Assembly: GCA_045603485.1 (NCBI GenBank)
Contig: JAZUMF010000028.1
Location: 6,652 to 70,651, forward strand
Reading direction: 5' to 3'
From: Kiritimatiellia bacterium
Lineage (GTDB): Bacteria; Verrucomicrobiota; Kiritimatiellia; RFP12; JAAYLN01
Length of the DNA stretch: 64,000 nt
Shown: one piece after another, positions 44,049-53,880 of the stretch
How the letters are laid out: every line of letters begins with the position of its first letter
Position numbering within the stretch: the first letter of the stretch is position 1
Translations under genes and position numbers: made by a program
Notes under the pieces: generated by a model
What the model saw: only the letters and a program-made list of their open reading frames with translations
What the model was told of the DNA's origin: nothing
The model's database searches: none

Positions 44049-46772
44049 ATGATTAACTATCTGGCAAAATGGACGGGTGGCTGTTGGACGCAAATGCCGA
44101 AAATGTCGGTGTCGGGTTTTTGTTTTGACAGTCGCAAGGTTCGTGAAGGCGATATTTTTGTCGCATTGAAAAGCGAGCGTGCCGACGGTCATAATTATGT
44201 CGAGAAGGCTTTAGAGTCAGGGGCTTGCGGTGCAATCGTTGAAGAAGGTTCAAAAATCGCCAAAGAGCATCCGGAGCTTCCTTTGCTAGTCGTTAAGGAT
44301 ACGCTAAAGGCCTTTTGCGATGCGGCTTTAGGCTGGCGCCGAAAAGTTAATCCATTTGTCGTCGGAGTTACTGGCTCCGTCGGTAAGAGCACAACCAAAG
44401 AGTGGATAGCGGCATTGCTGAATGATTACGGCTCTACAGCGTCCACCATTGCCAATTTCAATAATGAAATTGGCTTGCCATATAGTATCCTTTCAATGGC
44501 TGAAGGTACTCAATATGGCGTTTTTGAAGCGGGTATAAGCCATCCTAACGATATGGTGCCGCTCTCCAAGACAATGGAGCCGAATGCCGCGGTCATAACG
44601 GCAATAGCTCCTGTCCATATTGAGTTCTTTGATTCGCTTAAAGGTATCGCCGATGAGAAGGCGGGCTTGCTTCGCGTACTTCCTGAGGACGGCTTTGCGG
44701 TCCTTGACAGCAAGGGTGAATTCTTCGAGTATCTTTCTTCACAGGCAAAATGCCGTAGTGTCGGTGCCTGTGTTGTAGAGAAAGGCGAGGTTCCTCCAAG
44801 AGGCAGTACCTATGTGGCAACGGTTGTTGATGATGCTGTTGGCGCTTTTTTGATCTCCGCGCCAGACCTTGACTCTCAGGCTCAAGTCGTTTTGGCACGA
44901 CCCGGGCGCCATAATATCCTCGATGCGGTTTTAGCTGTTGCAGTTGCCCGTGAGAGCGGCGTGCCGTGGGATAAAATCATAAATCGCCTAGGCAATCTTC
45001 CATCGATGGATCTACGCTGGCAACGCTTTGATCAAGACGGCCTCCATTGGATATGCGATTGCTACAATGCAAGCCCGACTTCAATGGCCGCGTCATTAAA
45101 GGCGTTTTCCCTTTCAGTTCCGGTCAGTGACGCAAGCTCTCCGCATCGTGCCTTTGTCTTGGGAGACATGTTTGAGCTCGGAGAGAATGCGGTTCAGTAT
45201 CACAAATCCATAGCATCCATTTTAGAAGAGATTCCCACCTCGCAAAACGATATCTTGATTTGCGTTGGAACGCTTGCCGCAAATTACGCCTGCGAAGGTT
45301 TTCGCGGACGCATCTTCTATGCCATCGACTCGTCAGATGCTGCACATATCTTGCATCGTGAGGCCACCATAGGCACGACCGTCTTGCTTAAAGCCTCACA
45401 CGGAATGCATCTTGAGCTTGTTCCAAAGCGCTATCATATGCCCTTCAATGAGCTTGATGTTGAAAATCCCAGAGTTTTGATTTTAGGTGGCGGACGGAGT
45501 GGAAACGGGGCTTACAACCTCTTGCACAAGCTCGGCATTAAAGCCGATATTTTAGAAAATAACGCACCGATTGATTCCAGTGTGACATACCATTTGGCGG
45601 TTGTGTCACCCGGTATCGCTAAAGACCACAAATGGCTCAAAGAATGTGAAACGCTCAAAATTCCGGTAGTTTCGGAGCTTGAACTCGGCTATCGTTTCTG
45701 GCATGGCAAGATTCTTGCCGTTACCGGCTCAAAAGGAAAGAGTAGCGTTGTGAAGCTTTGCCAAGACGCCCTTATAAAATATGGCAAGGAGGCCATCGCC
45801 TGCGGTAATTACGGTACCCCGTTAAGCGAGATCGCCGCAAATTACGATGGCATGACGGAATGGGCTATCGTTGAGGCAAGCTCATTTCAGCTAGAAGGTG
45901 TAAGCAGCTTTCGCCCTGACATTTCAATATTCTTGAATCTTCAGGCCGATCACCTTGATAGGCATGGCTCGTTAGAAGAGTATGCAAAAGCCAAGCTTGC
46001 AATTTTTAACCGATTTGTCGCCCAAAGCGATCTTGCGCTGATCCATAAGCAGGCATGGCATGAGATGAGCTCCCTTGAGAGCAGGGGAGTTGAGCTGCTG
46101 CGTGCGGTGGAAGCCCCTAGAGAAATCGCAAATGATGTTGTAGCCTTTGGTGCTCTCGATAAATTAAAGGGCTTTGACGGCGCGGTTGAAGGGGGCGGAT
46201 ATTTTGACTCAAAGGTTTTAGCTCCGGCATTATCAGCTTCAGCGGCAGCACTCTTTTTTGCCGGCCTTGACGGGCGGCAAATTGAAAGAGCCGTTTCCGA
46301 TTTTGAGCCATTGCCTCATAGGATGCAAATTATCAGCGAAAAGGATGGTGTTGTCTTCATAAACGACAGCAAGGCAACCAGCCTGTCGGCGATGACGGCG
46401 GCACTTGAGATGGCAAACAGACCGGTAAGACTTATTGCCGGCGGGCGGCTAAAAGAAAAAGATTTGACAGTCGTTAAATTTTTATTGCCAAAATACACTA
46501 AAAAAGTGTATCTTATAGGTGAGGCTTTTCAGCTAATGTATGATGCTTGGCATAATGTAGTGCCCTGCGAAATCTGCAAAACAATGGACAAGGCTGTAGA
46601 GTCGTCATTCCACGATGCGCTTGAGGGTGAGGCGGTTTTGCTTGCACCTGGCTGTGCGTCATTTGACCAGTTTAAGAGTTATGAGGAGCGCGGAGAGGTC
46701 TTCGCAAAGCTTGTAGCTCAATGTTTAAAAAAGATTGATGCTGCAAAACTGCGGCAAGGAGAAGAGAAATGA
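44049..46772 (+). CDS. murF/murD: bifunctional Mur ligase: MurF (N-terminal ~470 aa) fused to MurD (C-terminal ~430 aa)
   Basis: N half: VGVTGSVGKSTT, NFNNEIGLPYSIL, DCYNASPTSM, VLGDMFELG (MurF). C half: VLILGGGRSGNGAYNLL, ILAVTGSKGKSSVV, NLQADHLDRH, PHRMQ, INDSKATSL (MurD). One continuous 907-aa ORF. Confidence 0.8.
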   Translation: MINYLAKWTGGCWTQMPKMSVSGFCFDSRKVREGDIFVALKSERADGHNYVEKALESGACGAIVEEGSKIAKEHPELPLLVVKDTLKAFCDAALGWRRKVNPFVVGVTGSVGKSTTKEWIAALLNDYGSTASTIANFNNEIGLPYSILSMAEGTQYGVFEAGISHPNDMVPLSKTMEPNAAVITAIAPVHIEFFDSLKGIADEKAGLLRVLPEDGFAVLDSKGEFFEYLSSQAKCRSVGACVVEKGEVPPRGSTYVATVVDDAVGAFLISAPDLDSQAQVVLARPGRHNILDAVLAVAVARESGVPWDKIINRLGNLPSMDLRWQRFDQDGLHWICDCYNASPTSMAASLKAFSLSVPVSDASSPHRAFVLGDMFELGENAVQYHKSIASILEEIPTSQNDILICVGTLAANYACEGFRGRIFYAIDSSDAAHILHREATIGTTVLLKASHGMHLELVPKRYHMPFNELDVENPRVLILGGGRSGNGAYNLLHKLGIKADILENNAPIDSSVTYHLAVVSPGIAKDHKWLKECETLKIPVVSELELGYRFWHGKILAVTGSKGKSSVVKLCQDALIKYGKEAIACGNYGTPLSEIAANYDGMTEWAIVEASSFQLEGVSSFRPDISIFLNLQADHLDRHGSLEEYAKAKLAIFNRFVAQSDLALIHKQAWHEMSSLESRGVELLRAVEAPREIANDVVAFGALDKLKGFDGAVEGGGYFDSKVLAPALSASAAALFFAGLDGRQIERAVSDFEPLPHRMQIISEKDGVVFINDSKATSLSAMTAALEMANRPVRLIAGGRLKEKDLTVVKFLLPKYTKKVYLIGEAFQLMYDAWHNVVPCEICKTMDKAVESSFHDALEGEAVLLAPGCASFDQFKSYEERGEVFAKLVAQCLKKIDAAKLRQGEEK

Positions 46773-47902
46773 AGATTACGAAAAAAATAGAGTTGCTAGG
46801 ACTCGCAAGTGTATGCGCCGGCCTCGCTCTGACAACCGGTTGCAGAACCATTTATACCGAGGATTGCTCCTTTGGTGGTGAAGAGGCTCAGTTTGCAGGA
46901 GAAGAGACTGTTGCGCCCGCTCCGCTTCCGGCAGGTGAAAATCCAATGCCTGCAGCCCTGTCTCCCGTACAGCCTGGTAATGTTATTTATCCGACACCCG
47001 CAAAGGAAAAAGAAGTTCCATACTACAAAGTCAATCCAAACCCATATGCTGAATTGGATAAGGCTCCTGCAGCTCCTGTGAAGAAGGTCGCGGACGCTTC
47101 AGGATATGTCACCTACAAGGTTAAGAAGAATGATACACTCGGTGGCATTGCAGTTAAGCATGGCGTTGCGCTCAAGGATGTCAAGGCTCTCAATGCAGGT
47201 ATGAATTACGATCGACTCAAGGTCGGTCAGGTTGTTTATCTTCCCGCTAACGCTAAGGCAAAGGCTGTCGCCGCAACAACAAAGGCGGCTGTCTCCGCCG
47301 ATGGAACATATGTTGTCAAAAACGGCGATATCCTCGGTCGCATTGCTCGTCAGTTCGGCGTTAAGGTTTCGGAGCTCAAGGCTGCCAACAATCTTACAAG
47401 CGACAAGATCAAGGTCGGTCAGAAGCTCGTAATCCCAGGCAAGAAGGCCGCAGCCAAGACCGCTAACGCGACGAAAAAAACAACCGCCACAAAGACCGTG
47501 GCTCCAGTCAAGGAAAATCCTACCAAGGTTGAGGTCGTAACTCCTTCAGTTGAGGTAGCACCTCCACCAGTCGCAGTACCGGTTATTCCTACCACTCCTC
47601 CTGTAGTTGAGACGCCGGCAGTTCCTGTTCCAATCGCTCCAGAGGTGCCTGCAGCGCAAGAGCCTGCAGTTAAGCCGGCATCTGCTACGCTTATACCTCC
47701 TGCGGCTCCCGCACCTTCAGTCGCCGCTCCGGAGGCAAAGCCAATCCAGCTTCGTGACTATACAGTTGGCGAGGGAGAGGATCTCATCTCAATCGCAATC
47801 AATCACTCCGTCGGGATTGATACGCTTCGCAAGATGAATCCAGGCGTAGTGGAGCCTCTTGTTCCCGGTACCGTAATTAAAGTCCCCGTAAACGATAAGT
47901 AA
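46769..47902 (+). CDS. LysM-domain lipoprotein with Pro/Ala/Val-rich linker
   Basis: Lipobox LALTTGC; three LysM repeats (YKVKKNDTLGGIA, YVVKNGDILGRIA, YTVGEGEDLISIA). Confidence 0.7.
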   Translation: MKITKKIELLGLASVCAGLALTTGCRTIYTEDCSFGGEEAQFAGEETVAPAPLPAGENPMPAALSPVQPGNVIYPTPAKEKEVPYYKVNPNPYAELDKAPAAPVKKVADASGYVTYKVKKNDTLGGIAVKHGVALKDVKALNAGMNYDRLKVGQVVYLPANAKAKAVAATTKAAVSADGTYVVKNGDILGRIARQFGVKVSELKAANNLTSDKIKVGQKLVIPGKKAAAKTANATKKTTATKTVAPVKENPTKVEVVTPSVEVAPPPVAVPVIPTTPPVVETPAVPVPIAPEVPAAQEPAVKPASATLIPPAAPAPSVAAPEAKPIQLRDYTVGEGEDLISIAINHSVGIDTLRKMNPGVVEPLVPGTVIKVPVNDK

Positions 47903-47907
47903 ACGAG

Positions 47908-49035
47908 ATGCGCAAGGTCATTTGGACTTTGTGGGCAACCATCACCGCCCTTCTGCTTTTTGGTTTTGTTGCCGTTTATTCGGCAAGTACCCCGCTGAAG
48001 GGCGGTGCCGCTTTTTCTACGCTGATGATGCAAATAGGCGCGTCATTGGTCGGTATGGTTTTAGCCATTTTAATAGTACGGATCGACTATTCCTTCTGGA
48101 AAAAAAACTGGATTCTGGTTTTAATCTTTCTTGCATGCTCTCTTTCCTGCTGGGCAGTCTTCGCCTTCCAGCCCATAAATGGCTCGCGTCGCTGGTTACG
48201 GATTCTGGGTTTTTCGCTTCAACCGTCGGAGTTTGCCCGCATCGGGCTCATAATCATTCTGGCAGCCAGATTTTCAAAAATCGGGACAATGTCAGGCTCT
48301 GTTTTTAAAGGCTTTATCTATCCGTCCCTGATAGCCGGCTTTATAATTCTCCCTGTATTCGTTTCCCCGGATTTAGGAGCGACATTAGTGATGGGTGTCG
48401 CGACAATAACGATATTCATTGCCGCTAATGTAAAAAAACGCTGGATTGCAGTTATATGCGCAGTCGGTTTCGTTTTACTTACGGCCCTTATTTTACTCTC
48501 TCCGAACCGACTCTCGCGTGTTATATCGTGGGTAGATTCCAAGAGAGGTGTTGAAAGCACCTCAGCAACTTCATATCACCAACAGCAATCTTTAGAAGCC
48601 TTCAGGCGCGGTGGCTGGAAGGGCGTCGGCCTTGACAAAAGCATTCAAAAGCATCAATACCTCCCCGAGGCAAATTCTGACTTTGTCTTTGCGATCATCG
48701 CCGAAGAGTTCGGAATGATTGCCACGGTCGGCTTGTTGATTGCCTATTCGATAATGCTCTATTGCGGTATATATATCGCGTCATTTGCAAGAGATCGTTT
48801 CGGGCGTTTTGTCGCTTTGGCAATGTCGGTAATGATAACCTTTGAAGTTTGCTTTAATATTGGCATGGTAATCGGCGCTTTGCCTACCAAAGGAATCGCT
48901 TTGCCGTTTATGAGTGCTGGCGGTACAAGTGTTTTAGCAACGCTTATAGCCTGCGGATTCATACTTTCGGTAGGATACCATTCTATGGCATCGCACAGCG
49001 CTTCATTTATGCGTAACTCGCAGATAGAGTTCTAG
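47908..49035 (+). CDS. ftsW: SEDS-family peptidoglycan glycosyltransferase FtsW/RodA
   Basis: Ten-TM profile; LQPSEFARIGLIIILA and DFVFAIIAEEFGMIATVGLL motifs. Confidence 0.8.
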   Translation: MRKVIWTLWATITALLLFGFVAVYSASTPLKGGAAFSTLMMQIGASLVGMVLAILIVRIDYSFWKKNWILVLIFLACSLSCWAVFAFQPINGSRRWLRILGFSLQPSEFARIGLIIILAARFSKIGTMSGSVFKGFIYPSLIAGFIILPVFVSPDLGATLVMGVATITIFIAANVKKRWIAVICAVGFVLLTALILLSPNRLSRVISWVDSKRGVESTSATSYHQQQSLEAFRRGGWKGVGLDKSIQKHQYLPEANSDFVFAIIAEEFGMIATVGLLIAYSIMLYCGIYIASFARDRFGRFVALAMSVMITFEVCFNIGMVIGALPTKGIALPFMSAGGTSVLATLIACGFILSVGYHSMASHSASFMRNSQIEF

Positions 49036-49102
49036 TTTGCACGATTTATGTTATTATGGTAAACTAAATCTTTTGTAAAGTTTACATTGTAGGGTTTTAG
49101 AT

Positions 49103-49798
49103 ATGACAATGAGTTTTGAATTGAGTCAGCCGTTGATATGGCGTTTAGCAATTGCGGGAGCATTAGGTGCAGCTATTGGTATCGAGCGTGAGTTCAGAGC
49201 CAAGGAAGCGGGGCTTAGGACGCATTTTCTTGTTGCCTTGGGAAGTGCCCTTTTTACAATTGTTTCGCAGTATGGCTTTGAGCCTCTTTCCGAGTTGTAC
49301 AGGCACGCTGAAAACGGAGCGCGTTTGGCTGATACCGCACGAGTTGCCGCTCAGATTGTCACAGGTATCGGTTTTATCGGCGCAGGTGCCATCATGGTGC
49401 AGAAGCATTATGTGAGGGGATTGACGACCGCTGCGGGCCTTTGGGTCGTCGCCGCTATCGGCATGGCGGCAGGCGGCGGTTTGTATATGCTTGCAGTCAT
49501 GGGCACCATTTTTGCCTTAATCGGTCTTGAACTGTTCAGACTTTTACTTAATTGGGTAAGCCTCAAGACAGTCGAAATCGTCTTTTGCGCAAAGAATCCT
49601 GCCGATGCGGATGAGATGCTTAATCGGATTCATGATCTCGGCTTTCAGATTGTCAATTACAAGCTGACATACATGAAGGGCTCTGAAAGCGTCCGCGTGC
49701 ATCTTTCAGCCCGCGAGAAGTCCCGTTCCGACAGTTTGCTTTCTATCTACACTAAATTACAGACGAACGGTGATTCATATATCGAATCTATCGGTTAA
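49103..49798 (+). CDS. mgtC: MgtC/SapB-family membrane protein
   Basis: GALGAAIGIEREFRAKEAGLRTH ... GIGFIGAGAIM motifs plus a C-terminal ACT-like domain. Confidence 0.75.
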   Translation: MTMSFELSQPLIWRLAIAGALGAAIGIEREFRAKEAGLRTHFLVALGSALFTIVSQYGFEPLSELYRHAENGARLADTARVAAQIVTGIGFIGAGAIMVQKHYVRGLTTAAGLWVVAAIGMAAGGGLYMLAVMGTIFALIGLELFRLLLNWVSLKTVEIVFCAKNPADADEMLNRIHDLGFQIVNYKLTYMKGSESVRVHLSAREKSRSDSLLSIYTKLQTNGDSYIESIG

Positions 49799-49800
49799 GT

Positions 49801-51096
49801 GTGGAGGCTACAGTGAGAAAGAGCCGTTGGATTGGTATTGACTTGTCGAGTGGTGTCTTCTGCGCGGCATATTCGGATGGTACGGAGATTGCGGAGGCGG
49901 CTTTTAAGACATCCCGTAAGTGTGGCTGCTTTGTAGCGGCCGCATTGCCGGCTTCAAATCTTTTTGTCGAGACAGTTGAGCTGCCTTCATCCGCCAAGGG
50001 CAATATTTCCACATATTTGCCTGGGCTTATGGATGTTAAGTTGCCATTTCCCGTTGAGGATTGTCTATTGGCGAATGGCGTTAAAAATGGCAGTTCCGCG
50101 TTGGCTTTTGCAATTACCAGAGTTGAGTATCTGCGCCAATTAAATCAGTTCGTCTCAATTGCGGGGGCCCAGCCGGAACGCGTAGTTCCTGCTCCTCTTG
50201 TATTATGGAACAAGGCTTTTGCTAATGCAAGGCGGCTTTTTCCGTCGGGGGATGGGGTTTTATTTCATTTGCATGCGTCTACTCAGTCTTGGACTCTTAT
50301 CGCCGGTAAGATCTCTGACGGGAGTGTGCAGAATGTGTTGACTGTCGGTGCCGGTGATATTGCCGCTGTCAGCCGCAATATCAGGATTCTCTTGAGCCGA
50401 ATGGCTATTGACTCTTCATTTATTTCCATATCGGGTGATGCGGTAACAGATGAACTTGTGGGTTCTTTGAATTCTCTTGGGTTTAATGCTGCGGCAGTTG
50501 CCAATCCCAAGACTTTTTTGGCTCAGGCTCTTGCAGAGGATGCCGAGGGCGGGAAGTCCCCTGACGGTAATTTTGCCAAGGGAGAATTCGAGCATGTCGC
50601 AAGTGTAAACCGTAGGCTGCATAGAGTAATTGCCTCTTCACTGTTTTTATTGCTTCTTGCCTTAGGCTTTCTCTTTTGCGCTGTCAATTTTAAGATGAAG
50701 ACGGGTGCATCCCTGCAGAGGGTTGATAAGGAGCTTGGCCAGATAGCAAACCGTTTCGCCGGTAGAGCAACGGGGCTTGCAGGACCGGCTTCAATCAGGC
50801 TTGCCCTTAATGAATTTGATTCCCGTCAAGTCAAGGCGGTGTCATTGTATGGCGAACCCGGACCACTAGATGCTCTTGGCGATATATTCACATTTATGAA
50901 TGTCCGTGAGATGACCCTTTCGTCATTAAATCTTTCTGAAGGTGTGATGACTTTTGTCTGTCGGACATCTAATGAGGGAAATATCGATTCGCTGAAGGGA
51001 CTTCTGGTTGACTCGGGATATTCTGTTGAATGCCGTCAGCACGATGGTGACGGCAAGGACTATCTCTTTTCTGTTTCACAAATGGGGGGCAGGTAG
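49801..51096 (+). CDS. hypothetical bitopic protein with GspL/PilM-N-like topology (cytoplasmic actin-like domain, one TM, periplasmic domain)
   Basis: GTG start; WIGIDLSSGVFCAAY resembles the PilM/GspL N-terminus; TM at ~aa 285 (SSLFLLLLALGFLFCAV); this is a topology argument only. Confidence 0.3.
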   Translation: MEATVRKSRWIGIDLSSGVFCAAYSDGTEIAEAAFKTSRKCGCFVAAALPASNLFVETVELPSSAKGNISTYLPGLMDVKLPFPVEDCLLANGVKNGSSALAFAITRVEYLRQLNQFVSIAGAQPERVVPAPLVLWNKAFANARRLFPSGDGVLFHLHASTQSWTLIAGKISDGSVQNVLTVGAGDIAAVSRNIRILLSRMAIDSSFISISGDAVTDELVGSLNSLGFNAAAVANPKTFLAQALAEDAEGGKSPDGNFAKGEFEHVASVNRRLHRVIASSLFLLLLALGFLFCAVNFKMKTGASLQRVDKELGQIANRFAGRATGLAGPASIRLALNEFDSRQVKAVSLYGEPGPLDALGDIFTFMNVREMTLSSLNLSEGVMTFVCRTSNEGNIDSLKGLLVDSGYSVECRQHDGDGKDYLFSVSQMGGR

Positions 51097-51582
51097 ATGG
51101 ATTCTTCCCGAAAAAAACAATTAGTCTGGGTTTTGCTAGGGCTGTCTCTGATTCTCTTTATCGTGAGCTCTCTATTTGCTAAAGCAGCAAGGTCTGATTT
51201 ACGGGCTTTGTCCGGAAGAAGAGCTTTGGCTGGGAGTGTAAGCTCAGATATGGTGCGCCTTTCGTCGTACGAGACCTCTGAGGCGTCACTGAAGAGGCTC
51301 GGCAGTAAGGTCTTATTGCCAAGGATGCCTATGGCAATGCCGGCACCAAGCCGCAAAAATGAAGAGCATTTTGAAAGCGAAACCGGCTGGGTTACATACC
51401 GTCATTCTTTTGAGTGGGATTCTTTGTCTTCAAAAATCGCACTTGAGGCATTGGCTGTCCTTCGTAACAGTCGTGACGGCTGGCGAATTTCAGATGTCTC
51501 TATGAAGGCTCTCGAGGACAGCAGCGGTGTCTCGCTTGCTCTTGTCCTCGAAACTGCCCGTTTTTCGGAATCGTCTAACTAG
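51097..51582 (+). CDS. hypothetical GspM/PilO-like bitopic membrane protein
   Basis: N-terminal TM (LVWVLLGLSLILFIVSSLFA) plus a ~130-aa periplasmic domain; adjacent to the GspL-like gene. Confidence 0.25.
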   Translation: MDSSRKKQLVWVLLGLSLILFIVSSLFAKAARSDLRALSGRRALAGSVSSDMVRLSSYETSEASLKRLGSKVLLPRMPMAMPAPSRKNEEHFESETGWVTYRHSFEWDSLSSKIALEALAVLRNSRDGWRISDVSMKALEDSSGVSLALVLETARFSESSN

Positions 51583-51589
51583 GCCCTGT

Positions 51590-52321
51590 ATGGCTGTATC
51601 GTCGATAGGGATGCGGTTTTTACGCTTTGTAATCGCCTTTTTTTTGTTGCCTGCAATTGCTGCCGAGGCATTATCGATTTATTCTTTAATGCCGTCTATG
51701 CTGACGCTTTCTTTTCCATATCTGTCTAAAGAGATGCTCGCTGTAATTGGCGGCTATTGTCTTTTGATTCTCTTTTTCTTTTTTATTCCAATACCGATTT
51801 CAATCTATGTTTTTGGTCACGAACTTACCCATGCCGTTTGGGGTTTTTTGACAGGCTCGAAGGTGGGGCGCATTCATATTTCTTCAAAGGGGGGATACTG
51901 CACGGTTTCAGATCCTGGGATGTTTACTACTTTGGCGCCTTATTTTGTGCCTTTTTATCTTGTCGTATTGTTACTTATAAAGGTGATTGCTGGTATCTGG
52001 CTGCCGCTTGAGGATTATGCCCTATGGTGGCTTGTGGGTGTTGGCGTGACATATGGCTTCCATTTTGTCTATACTGTCAAAATGCTTGTTGAGGTTGAGC
52101 AGCCTGATGTCCGTGAGTATGGTCATTTCTTTTCGTATACGCTGATTGTTCTTTTTAACCTTTTGATTTTGGGTGCAGGGCTCGTCTTCATTACCGGCAC
52201 CTCATTTTTAGATTTCGGAGCTAAGCTTTTAGAGTCTTTAGCCGTTTCGTATTGCTATTGTTTTAATCAAATTTTGTCTGGAGTCGTATGGCTATGGAAG
52301 GTGCTTGTGAATTTGATATAG
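51590..52321 (+). CDS. polytopic membrane protein with HExxH motif (putative zincin-like metalloprotease, DUF3267-like)
   Basis: YVFGHELTHAVWG motif between TM helices; about six TM segments. Confidence 0.4.
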   Translation: MAVSSIGMRFLRFVIAFFLLPAIAAEALSIYSLMPSMLTLSFPYLSKEMLAVIGGYCLLILFFFFIPIPISIYVFGHELTHAVWGFLTGSKVGRIHISSKGGYCTVSDPGMFTTLAPYFVPFYLVVLLLIKVIAGIWLPLEDYALWWLVGVGVTYGFHFVYTVKMLVEVEQPDVREYGHFFSYTLIVLFNLLILGAGLVFITGTSFLDFGAKLLESLAVSYCYCFNQILSGVVWLWKVLVNLI

Positions 52322-53184
52322 TTGTTGCGGATCCGCATGGTTTTTGTTCCGGCGTAAAGAATGCCATTAAGATCGCCGAGCAGACGCTTGAATCGTCAGG
52401 TGAACCGATTTATTGTTACCACGAACTTGTCCACAACCACATTGTAGTTGATAGGCTTGTCGCTAAAGGAATGCGCTTCATATCCTCAATCGAAGATGTT
52501 CCTGTTGGAGGAACGGTTCTTTTCAGCGCTCATGGAGTTTCGCCCGAAATCAGAGAAAAGGCAAAGGCACGAAATCTTAAAGTTATTGACGCGACATGTG
52601 TTTTCGTGCAAAGGCTTCATGATGTTGCTCTTTCTTATGTGAGAGACGGTAAGACTGTCATATTGGTCGGAAATGTCGGCCATGACGAGGTTGAAGGAGT
52701 AAGAGGAGAGGCTGCCGACGCCATCAAGGTCGTTTCGACCCCAGAAGAGATTGCCGCATTGGAAATTGATGATGACGGCGAAGTGGCCATACTTTCGCAG
52801 ACGACCATTGCACGCCATCAGGTCGATACTGTAGTTGAAGCCGCAAGGAAACGCTTTCCTAAATTAGAACGGCCTTCTAGAATAGGTATGTGTTTTGCAA
52901 CCGAGGAGCGCCAAGAGGCCGTGCGTGCCTTTGCGGGTAATGTCGATTTGGTGATTGTGCTTGGTTCTAGAACCAGCGCTAATTCAAATCGCCTTGTTGA
53001 TGTGGCAAGTGAGGCCGGTCTCAAGGCCATATTGGTTTCTGATGTTGACGATCTGGACAGGTTCGTAAAATCAGGAGCGCTTCAAGAACTTCGCAAAATC
53101 GGCATTACTGCCGGCGCTTCCACACCGGAAGATGTGATTGATGGTGTTATTGAGTATTTAAGGTCTTTTAAGGCGGGTCAATAA
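52288..53184 (+). CDS. ispH: 4-hydroxy-3-methylbut-2-enyl diphosphate reductase
   Basis: GFCSGVKNAI (Cys ligand 1), HELVHN and SAHGVSP motifs; 298 aa. Confidence 0.85.
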   Translation: MAMEGACEFDIVVADPHGFCSGVKNAIKIAEQTLESSGEPIYCYHELVHNHIVVDRLVAKGMRFISSIEDVPVGGTVLFSAHGVSPEIREKAKARNLKVIDATCVFVQRLHDVALSYVRDGKTVILVGNVGHDEVEGVRGEAADAIKVVSTPEEIAALEIDDDGEVAILSQTTIARHQVDTVVEAARKRFPKLERPSRIGMCFATEERQEAVRAFAGNVDLVIVLGSRTSANSNRLVDVASEAGLKAILVSDVDDLDRFVKSGALQELRKIGITAGASTPEDVIDGVIEYLRSFKAGQ

Positions 53185-53663
53185 TGAAGTCTATAAAGAA
53201 AAGTAATGTAATGCGCCTCCTCGAACAAGCGGGCATTGAGTATGAGGCCTTTGAGTATGATGGCGAAGGCGGGCGTCTTACAGGAGAACAGATTGCCGAG
53301 AAGGCTGGTCAGCCCGTCGATTTGGTATGCAAGACTCTTGTCACCTGCACAGAGCATAAGGAGTATTTTGTCTTTGTCATCAATGTCAAACGCAGCCTTG
53401 ACTTGAAGCTTGCGGCGAAGGCCGCATCGGTCAAGGCATTGACGATGTTGCCTCTGAATAAACTCTTCCCTCTTACGGGCTATATGCATGGCGGTTGTTC
53501 GCCAGTAGGCATAAAGACTTCAATGAAGGTTTTTATCGATGAACCAATCGGCAAGAACGAAATAATGTATGTCAGCGGTGGTCGCATCGGTCTTAATGTA
53601 AAGGTGAATCCTGCCGAATTGGCAAAGCTTGTCAATGCGACCTTTGCACCTGTCTCATGCTAG
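53184..53663 (+). CDS. ybaK: Cys-tRNA(Pro)/Cys-tRNA(Cys) deacylase YbaK
   Basis: YbaK-domain motifs LVCKTLV and GYMHGGCSPVG; 159 aa. Confidence 0.75.
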   Translation: MKSIKKSNVMRLLEQAGIEYEAFEYDGEGGRLTGEQIAEKAGQPVDLVCKTLVTCTEHKEYFVFVINVKRSLDLKLAAKAASVKALTMLPLNKLFPLTGYMHGGCSPVGIKTSMKVFIDEPIGKNEIMYVSGGRIGLNVKVNPAELAKLVNATFAPVSC

Positions 53664-53692
53664 AAGATGTCGCTAAATCCGATTGGCGACTA

Positions 53693-53738
53693 GCGGCGGC
53701 GTATTGCGGTATGTAAGTGATGCCGCGCCGTTTTTATT
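53693..53738 (+). terminator. possible rho-independent terminator after ybaK
   Basis: Imperfect GC-rich stem (gcggcggcg / cgccgcgcc) followed by tttttattt. Confidence 0.35.
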
Positions 53739-53762
53739 TGATAGCAACTTTCAATTCAGAAA

Positions 53763-53802
53763 TAAAAAATCCGCATCGGCTGTTATATCAAGCCAATGCG
53801 GA
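53763..53802 (-). terminator. rho-independent terminator after thuA (minus strand)
   Basis: Hairpin TCCGCATcGGCT...AGCCaATGCGGA, with an A-run on the + strand (a T-run on the minus strand) immediately after it. Confidence 0.5.
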
Positions 53803-53880
53803 TCTGCTGTCTTTGCAGCTTCCATGTGTTAGTGCGATGCCTTAGTTTGTCATCGCACTGTCGTAGGAAGAGCTTCCCTT

